A stretch of 64,000 nt of DNA from an uncultured Rhizobium sp. (GTDB taxonomy: Bacteria > Pseudomonadota > Alphaproteobacteria > SMXQ01), in contig CAZVLU010000013.1 in NCBI GenBank assembly GCA_964628235.1, positions 12,417-76,416 on the forward strand, given 5' to 3'. This document shows, piece by piece, positions 58,470 to 64,000 of this stretch (positions within the stretch are counted from its first letter, which is position 1; the number at the start of each line of letters is the position of its first letter). Position numbers and translations under genes: made by a program. The notes beneath the pieces were generated by a model that worked only from the letters and a program-made list of their open reading frames with translations, had not been told where the DNA came from and ran no database searches.

Positions 58470-60398
58470 TCAGCCGCCCGCGGCGTCCTCTCCCAGAGCC
58501 TTGGCGACGCGCGCCAGCAGTGGCGCCCAATCGCCGTCGTCGCCTTGACGCAACAAGCGGACCGAGCCGTACCAAGGCATCTTCTCGCCGCCCAGGCCAT
58601 AGCGCCATTCGGGCTGGCGCGGCACCAGCGTGACGCAATCATGGCCAAGCGCGCCGCAGAGATGGATGAGCGCGGTTTGCACCGACAGCACGCCGTCCGT
58701 CACGGCGACGAGCGCCGCGAGATCATCGAACGCGTCGATCTCGCCGCGCGGCAGGCAAATGAGATTCTGGCCGTGGCGCGCGTTGAATGCGGCGACTTCG
58801 CCTGCCACGTCGCCATATTGCAGGCTGACGAAGCGCGCCTCGACCGATCGCATGAGCGGCAAGACGTCATCGAGAGACAGCGAGCGTCCGCCGCCGCGCG
58901 TCTCCACCGTGCCGCCGCGCCACGACAGGCCGATGACAGGCCGCCCATCCTCGCCGCCAAGCCGCTTCTGCCAGGCGGCGACCTTTTCCGGCGACGGCCT
59001 TAGATAGGGCAAGCCCGGGAAATCCGCTGCGGAGGAGCGGTAAGCATGCGCGAGGCTGCCGATCGCCACGATGACGTCCATCTCATCCAGCAGGCCATCC
59101 GGCAGGTCATCGACATCGATGAAGCGGATGTCGGGATACGACCTTGCGAACAGGCCGCGCAATTTGCCCGTGCAGAGACAAGTGACGGCGGCGGCATCGC
59201 GGCATAGATCAACCAGCAGGCTGGCGAACATCACTTGGTCGCCGACGCCCTGCTCGCCGACGACGAGACAGCGGCGGCCGACGAAGGCCGCGCGCTCGGG
59301 CGCCAGCAGCAAACGATCGATGACCTGCCGCGTCAGCGAACCCGACGAGCGCGCGATGAACTTGTCGAATCGCCAGCGCTGTTCATACTCGCGCCAGCCC
59401 GGCACGAAATCGCCGCGCAGCAGATGCAGGATCGAGCGGTTGAACATCGCCTCCGGATAATCGCCCCGCACCTCTATCGCGCGCGCATAGTCGGCGAGCG
59501 CGGCGTCGAACTGATGCGTGTCGCGATAGCCGTTGCCGCGGTTGCACCAGCTTTCCGCGCGCGTCGGATCGAGCTCCAGGGCGCGGTCGAGGCTGGCGAT
59601 GGCCTCTTCGGGGCGTTGCAGCGCCTGCAGCACGATGCCGCGATTGTTGAACGACTGGCCATGGCGGGGATCGAGAGCGATGGCGCGGTCGTAACTGGCC
59701 AGCGCCTCCTCGTAGCGGTGCAACGCCGCCAGCCCGTTGCCGCGATTGTAGTGCGCCGCCACGTAGCCGGGCCGAATGGCGAGCGCCCGATCGTAATTGG
59801 CCAACGCCTCTTCATGGCGGCCCATTTCGCGCAGCACGCCGCCGAGGTTGTTGTAAGCATCGGCATAGCGCGGCTGCAGCGTCACGGCCTTTTGCAGAAA
59901 CATCAACGCATCCGCATGACGGCCGAGCCGGGCCGCCGTCGCCGCCGCGTTGTTGAGCGTATCGGCGCGGTTCGGCGCCAGGGCGATCGCGCGGGCGAAA
60001 TGCGGCAGGGCGTCGGCATGGCGGCCCAGCTCGGCGAGGATCACGCCGAGATTGTTCTGCACGTCGGCGAAATCCGGCCGCAGCTCGAGCGCCCAACGGT
60101 AATGGGCGATGGCCTCATCTTTTCGACCCAGCGCTTTCAAGCCATTGCCGAGATTGTTATGCGCTTCGGCATAGTCGGGTTTCAGCGCCAGGGCCTGCTC
60201 GACCAACGGGACCCCCTCGGCGAAGCGGCCCTGCTGAAAATGGCAGACGCCCAGCAAATGGAGCGCGCCGACATGATTGGGCGCGCGACTCAGGATATCG
60301 GCGTAAAGCGCTTGCGCCTCGGCAAGTCTTCCCGCGCCCTGCATTTGCATGGCGCGATTAAAATCGGCCGCGATGGCCTGCATGCCGGAGGGCTGCAA
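58470..60398 (-). CDS. TPR-repeat protein with a C-terminal GT9 (heptosyltransferase)-like domain
   Basis: 642 aa. About 9 TPR units (…AEAHNNLGNGLKALGRKDEAIAHYRWALELRPDF…) followed by ...FDDLAALVAVTDGVLSVQTALIHLCGALGHDCVTLVPRQPEWRYG...PWYGSVRLLRQ. Confidence 0.75.
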   Translation of the reverse strand: MQPSGMQAIAADFNRAMQMQGAGRLAEAQALYADILSRAPNHVGALHLLGVCHFQQGRFAEGVPLVEQALALKPDYAEAHNNLGNGLKALGRKDEAIAHYRWALELRPDFADVQNNLGVILAELGRHADALPHFARAIALAPNRADTLNNAAATAARLGRHADALMFLQKAVTLQPRYADAYNNLGGVLREMGRHEEALANYDRALAIRPGYVAAHYNRGNGLAALHRYEEALASYDRAIALDPRHGQSFNNRGIVLQALQRPEEAIASLDRALELDPTRAESWCNRGNGYRDTHQFDAALADYARAIEVRGDYPEAMFNRSILHLLRGDFVPGWREYEQRWRFDKFIARSSGSLTRQVIDRLLLAPERAAFVGRRCLVVGEQGVGDQVMFASLLVDLCRDAAAVTCLCTGKLRGLFARSYPDIRFIDVDDLPDGLLDEMDVIVAIGSLAHAYRSSAADFPGLPYLRPSPEKVAAWQKRLGGEDGRPVIGLSWRGGTVETRGGGRSLSLDDVLPLMRSVEARFVSLQYGDVAGEVAAFNARHGQNLICLPRGEIDAFDDLAALVAVTDGVLSVQTALIHLCGALGHDCVTLVPRQPEWRYGLGGEKMPWYGSVRLLRQGDDGDWAPLLARVAKALGEDAAGG

Positions 60399-60443
60399 GA
60401 CGCTTACGATGCCGACGGGATGCCGATAGGCATCTCTAGCCGC

Positions 60444-60929
60444 TCAGTCACGGAAATTCACATATTGCAGCGGCAATTCGACCTTGAGGCCTTTGATCAT
60501 GGCGATGGCCTCTTGCAGGTCGTCGCGCTTCTTGCCGGTGATGCGCAGCTCGTCGCCCTGGATCGCGGCCTGCACCTTCATCTTGCTCGCCTTGATCTCC
60601 TTGACCAGGCGCTTGGCCAATTCCTGCTCGATGCCCTGCTTGACCAGGATGGTCTGGCGCAGCATGTCGCCCGAGGCTTTTTCCGGCGTCTTGAACTCGA
60701 GGGCGCCGGCATCGACGCCGCGCCGCGTCATATGGCCTTTGACCAGCTCATGGATCTGCTTGAGCTTCATGTCGTCGTCGGCCAGCACCGTCAGCGTGCC
60801 GTCCTTGTTCTCGATCGAGCTCTTGCTGCCCTTGAAGTCGAAGCGCGTGCCGATCTCGCGCTGGATGTTGCGCACGGCGTTTTCGACCTCGGCAAGGTCG
60901 GTGCGGGACACGATATCGAAGGACGGCAT
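60444..60929 (-). CDS. yajQ: YajQ-family (UPF0234) nucleotide-binding protein
   Basis: 161 aa reading MPSFDIVSRTDLAEVENAVRNIQREIGTRFDFKGS..., collinear with YajQ. The upstream part of ORF 60444..61805 is spurious. Confidence 0.9.
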   Translation of the reverse strand: MPSFDIVSRTDLAEVENAVRNIQREIGTRFDFKGSKSSIENKDGTLTVLADDDMKLKQIHELVKGHMTRRGVDAGALEFKTPEKASGDMLRQTILVKQGIEQELAKRLVKEIKASKMKVQAAIQGDELRITGKKRDDLQEAIAMIKGLKVELPLQYVNFRD

Positions 60930-61106
60930 GGGAAAACCTTTTACGGCGACAAGCGCGGAAATGCAGGACCGCCTCATTTTAGATCGGTTAGCGGTTTTTG
61001 ACGACTCGTCCGCGCAAAACGATGCCGCAAGCCCATTGGAAGCCACGCGGCGCTTTGCTACCCTCCGGCCGCCTTTGCACCCCCTGCCCCCTGGGATTTC
61101 CGCCTG

Positions 61107-61679
61107 ATGGCCAGTCTTCACGAGTATCTCGCCGGCGCCGCCGAATTGCTGGCCCGCCTGCCCGCCGCCGGCCTCGACAAGCCGGTCGCCGACGCCATCG
61201 CGGCCCTGAATGAGGCCCTGGCGGCGCGCAAGACCGTGCTGATCTGCGGCAACGGCGGCTCGGCCAGCGACGCCCAGCATATCGCCGCTGAACTGGTCGG
61301 GCGCTACGAGCGCGAACGCATCGCCCTGCCCGTCATGGCGCTGGCCGGCGACGCCGCGACGCTGACGGCGCTCGGCAACGATTACGGCTACGAGCGGGTG
61401 TTCTCCCGCCAGGTCGAGGCCCACGGCGTGCCCGGCGGCGTGTTCATCGGCCTGTCGACCAGCGGCAAGTCGCCCAACGTGCTGAAGGCCCTGGACGCGG
61501 CCAAGGCGCGCGGCATGACCACCATCGCCTTCACCGGCGAGGGCGGCGGACCGATCGGGGCGGCCGCCGACATCCTGATCGCCGTGCCGTCCAAGACCAC
61601 CGCGCGGGTCCAGGAGATGCATATCTGCCTGTACCATTACATCTGCGGCCAGGTCGAAAACGCCGCTCCCCAGGCGTAA
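61107..61679 (+). CDS. gmhA: D-sedoheptulose-7-phosphate isomerase (SIS domain)
   Basis: 190 aa. Motifs ICGNGGSASDAQHIAAEL, LSTSGKSPNVL and QEMHICLYHY. Confidence 0.8.
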   Translation: MASLHEYLAGAAELLARLPAAGLDKPVADAIAALNEALAARKTVLICGNGGSASDAQHIAAELVGRYERERIALPVMALAGDAATLTALGNDYGYERVFSRQVEAHGVPGGVFIGLSTSGKSPNVLKALDAAKARGMTTIAFTGEGGGPIGAAADILIAVPSKTTARVQEMHICLYHYICGQVENAAPQA

Positions 61680-61988
61680 TCCGGGTCTTAATGGCTGCGG
61701 CAAACGCCGAACTGGCCCAAATAATCCCGCCCAAACTGCATGCAACTGCGTGATTTCATTGCAATCTCGCTTTGCGGCGTTGACAGAGCTGGAATCTGCC
61801 TGCATTTTGCCCCGCTAATAGCTTGTTAACCATGAGTCCGCATATTCCTGGGGCTGATGGGTATCCCGTTAAGGGATTTGGACTATTTAGACTTTTCGTT
61901 CGCGTTCCGCCGATCATTGGGCGGGTTGCGTATTTGGGTTCGGCTTTTTGTACTGGGGCTTTGCTTTGACGATTTCCGAGGGGAACCA

Positions 61989-63356
61989 ATGACGCGAGGG
62001 GGGCTCTATGCCCGTACGTTTGCCCTCTGCGCCGCGGTCACGCTGACCGGCATTTTGCCGGGCAGCACAGTGTCGTCTCGTGTCCCCGGCCCCGAGGTCA
62101 AGACGCCCGACATCGAGCAGCAAAATCCCGCTCGCGCTTACGTCCTATCCTACGCCACCCCCGACACGCACGCCGTAGCGCCCGAGCCGGTGCGCGTCGC
62201 CGTCACCGTCGGCAAGGGCGACACGCTGATGGCCGTGCTGGCCAAGGCCCAGGTGCCGCGCGCCGAAGCCCATGAGGCCGTGCAGGCGCTGCGCGACGTC
62301 TTCAATCCGAAAGACTTGACGGCCGGCACCAGCATCGAATTGTCCTTCCTGCCCAAGCGCGACGATCCCACGGGCAGCGACAAGGACGGCATGTCGTTCC
62401 TCGGCCTCAATTTCGAGCCGAACGTCGAACGCCTCGTCAGCGTCGTCAAAACCTGGACCGGCTTTCAGGCCGACCAGGTGCAAAAGCCGCTGAACCGCCA
62501 GACGGTGCGCGCCGAAGGCACGATCCATTCCAGCCTCTATCAAGACGCCGCCAAGGCCGGCGTGCCGGCCAGCGTCATCGTCGAGATGATCCGCACCCTG
62601 TCCTACGACGTCGACTTCCAGCGCGACATCCAGCGCAACGACAAGTTCGCCGTGATGTTCGACCGCATGGTCGACGAAGACGGCAAGACGGCGCGCGTCG
62701 GCGACATGGGCTATGTCGAGCTGACGCTCGGCAGCACCACTCACCGCATTTACCGCTTCGTCACGCCGGACGGCATCGCCGACTACTACAATCCCAAGGG
62801 CGAGTCGGTCCGCAAGGCCCTGCTCAAGACGCCGATCGACGGCGCCCGTCTCACCTCCGGCTTCGGCAAGCGGATGCATCCGATCCTCGGCTACACCGTC
62901 GGTCACCAAGGCGTGGATTTCGGCGCCGTCACCGGCACGCCGATCATGGCTGCCGGCTCCGGCGTCGTCGTCGATGCCGACTGGAAGGGCGCCTACGGCC
63001 GCTACGTCCGCATCCGTCACAACGGCAGTTACTACACCGCCTACGCACACATGAACCAGATCGGCCGCGGCATCACGCCGGGTGCCCGCGTTCAGCAAGG
63101 CCAGATCATCGGCTATGTCGGCGCCACCGGCCGCGTCACCGGCCCGCATCTGCATTACGAAGTGCTGGCCGACAACAAGCAGGTCAACCCGCTGAGCGTC
63201 AAATTGCCGACCGGCACCAAGCTCGACGGCAAGCTGCTGACCGCCTTCCAGATCGAGAAGGGCAAGCTCGAGACCCGCATGGCCGATCTGCCGCTGGCGA
63301 GCGCGACCAAGGTCGCAGACGCCAAGCCCGCCAATACCAAGAACGCCCAAAAATAA
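61989..63356 (+). CDS. M23-family metallopeptidase (peptidoglycan DD-endopeptidase-like), membrane anchored
   Basis: ATG 61989 chosen as start: RBS gagggga, and the upstream 130 nt is AT-rich and non-coding-like. Motifs HQGVDFGA and GPHLHYEV. Confidence 0.85.
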   Translation: MTRGGLYARTFALCAAVTLTGILPGSTVSSRVPGPEVKTPDIEQQNPARAYVLSYATPDTHAVAPEPVRVAVTVGKGDTLMAVLAKAQVPRAEAHEAVQALRDVFNPKDLTAGTSIELSFLPKRDDPTGSDKDGMSFLGLNFEPNVERLVSVVKTWTGFQADQVQKPLNRQTVRAEGTIHSSLYQDAAKAGVPASVIVEMIRTLSYDVDFQRDIQRNDKFAVMFDRMVDEDGKTARVGDMGYVELTLGSTTHRIYRFVTPDGIADYYNPKGESVRKALLKTPIDGARLTSGFGKRMHPILGYTVGHQGVDFGAVTGTPIMAAGSGVVVDADWKGAYGRYVRIRHNGSYYTAYAHMNQIGRGITPGARVQQGQIIGYVGATGRVTGPHLHYEVLADNKQVNPLSVKLPTGTKLDGKLLTAFQIEKGKLETRMADLPLASATKVADAKPANTKNAQK

Positions 63357-63375
63357 TCAGGCGCTGCAGCGAATC

Positions 63376-63409
63376 AAAAAGCCCGGCTCGCGCAAGCCGG
63401 GCTTTTTTA
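63376..63409 (+). terminator. intrinsic terminator after the M23 peptidase gene
   Basis: aaaaa-gcccggct-cgcgca-agccgggc-tttttt. Confidence 0.8.
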
Positions 63410-63417
63410 CATCTCAC

Positions 63418-63504
63418 GTCATGCCCGGGCTTGGCCCGGGCATCCACGCCTTGCGGCGTTTAGAAAGAAAAGGCGTGGATGCCCGCAACAAGTGCGGGCA
63501 TGAC
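63418..63504. repeat. REP-like composite palindromic element
   Basis: Two inverted copies of GTCATGCCCG-(loop)-CGGGCATCCACGCC, each itself a hairpin (atgcccggg/cccgggcat and atgcccgc/gcgggcat), separated by ttgcggcgtttagaaagaaaa. Confidence 0.7.
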
Positions 63505-63517
63505 ACCTGTGTTGTTG

Positions 63518-64000
63518 CTACGCCGCTTCTGCCTTCACGCCGTTGATGGTCAGGCCGTCCTTGCCGGCCGTCACTTTCACCGTTTCGCCGTCGGCGATCT
63601 TGCCTTCGAGCAAGAGCGTCGCCAGGCGGTTCTGCAGATGGCGCTGGATGGCCCGCTTCAAGGGCCGCGCGCCATAGACCGGATCGTAGCCGGCATCCGC
63701 CAGCCAGGCTTTGGCCGGGGCATCGAGCGTGATCGCGATGTTGCGGTCGGCGAGCAACTTCTCAAGCCGCTTGAGCTGGATCTCGACGATACGGCCCATC
63801 TCGCCGCGTCCAAGCTTGTGGAACAGCAAAATCTCGTCGAGGCGGTTGAGGAATTCGGGGCGGAACGAGCCGCGCACCATCTCCATCACCTGCTCGCGCG
63901 TCTCGGCGGAGAGTTCGCCCTCGCCCTGATCGGCCAAGATTTGCCCGCCGATATTCGAGGTCAACACGATGATGGTGTTGCGGAAATCCACCGTGCGGCC
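63518..64000 (-). CDS. clpB: ATP-dependent chaperone ClpB, C-terminal part (5' end lies outside the window)
   Basis: Open to the window edge. Contains TIIVLTSNIG, FRPEFLNRLDEILLF and YDPVYGARPLKRAIQ, typical of the ClpB D2 small domain. Confidence 0.9.
   Translation of the reverse strand, partial: GRTVDFRNTIIVLTSNIGGQILADQGEGELSAETREQVMEMVRGSFRPEFLNRLDEILLFHKLGRGEMGRIVEIQLKRLEKLLADRNIAITLDAPAKAWLADAGYDPVYGARPLKRAIQRHLQNRLATLLLEGKIADGETVKVTAGKDGLTINGVKAEAA

Noticed and set aside
61857-61988. An ATG at 61857 as the start of the M23 peptidase (499 aa).
   Set aside because: The extra 132 nt is AT-rich (roughly 48% G+C by eye) with non-coding-like third positions. ATG 61989 has an RBS and yields a normal membrane-anchor N-terminus.

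Overview
High-GC, alphaproteobacterial (Rhizobiales-like) chromosomal segment. Calls rest on the ORF track, motifs I recognise in the translations, and structures read directly from the DNA; no homology search or computation was run. Hand-counted 60-nt lines in the core genes give about 65-70% G+C.

Gene content in order:
- 1-15.5 kb: distal dcw cell-division/cell-wall cluster, murE(partial)-murF-mraY-murD-ftsW-murG-murC-murB-ddl-ftsQ-ftsA-ftsZ, then lpxC. Most junctions overlap (ATGA/GTGA/TAATG).
- 15.6-18.0 kb: a three-gene block (cupin, extended Bug/TctC-type binding protein, small hypothetical) sitting between lpxC and bamD.
- 18.1-29 kb: bamD-recN-ligA, an aminopeptidase P, a DUF1127 small protein with structured flanks, prmA, uvrD.
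- 29-30 kb: an S1C/PDZ protein whose catalytic triad appears lost.
- 30-36 kb: a lower-GC LysR-controlled operon (heme-oxygenase-like protein, SDR, M29/NicX-like protein, Bug binding protein, DapA-like aldolase).
- 36-39 kb: a GGDEF cyclase, a secreted pentapeptide-repeat protein, a third Bug paralog.
- 39-45.6 kb: TPP riboswitch-thiC followed tightly by GT2-rfbD-rfbC, then a hybrid FixL-like kinase with a duplicated heme-type PAS module.
- 45.8-55 kb: a SahR-like regulator-metF-metH operon, mlaA-mlaC, ettA.
- 55-58.4 kb: a lower-GC two-gene block (MLE-subgroup enolase plus NDP-forming acyl-CoA synthetase).
- 58.5-64 kb: a TPR/GT9-like protein, yajQ, gmhA, an M23 peptidase, a REP-like palindromic element, and the 3' end of clpB.

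I saw no rRNA, tRNA, CRISPR array, transposase or integrase. The candidates most worth follow-up are the 30-36 kb operon, the 55-58 kb enolase/acyl-CoA synthetase block, the triad-less S1C/PDZ protein, the tandem heme-PAS kinase, the lpxC|bamD insertion with histone-like tails, and the RNA-like structures around the DUF1127 gene. None of them is proven novel from sequence alone.
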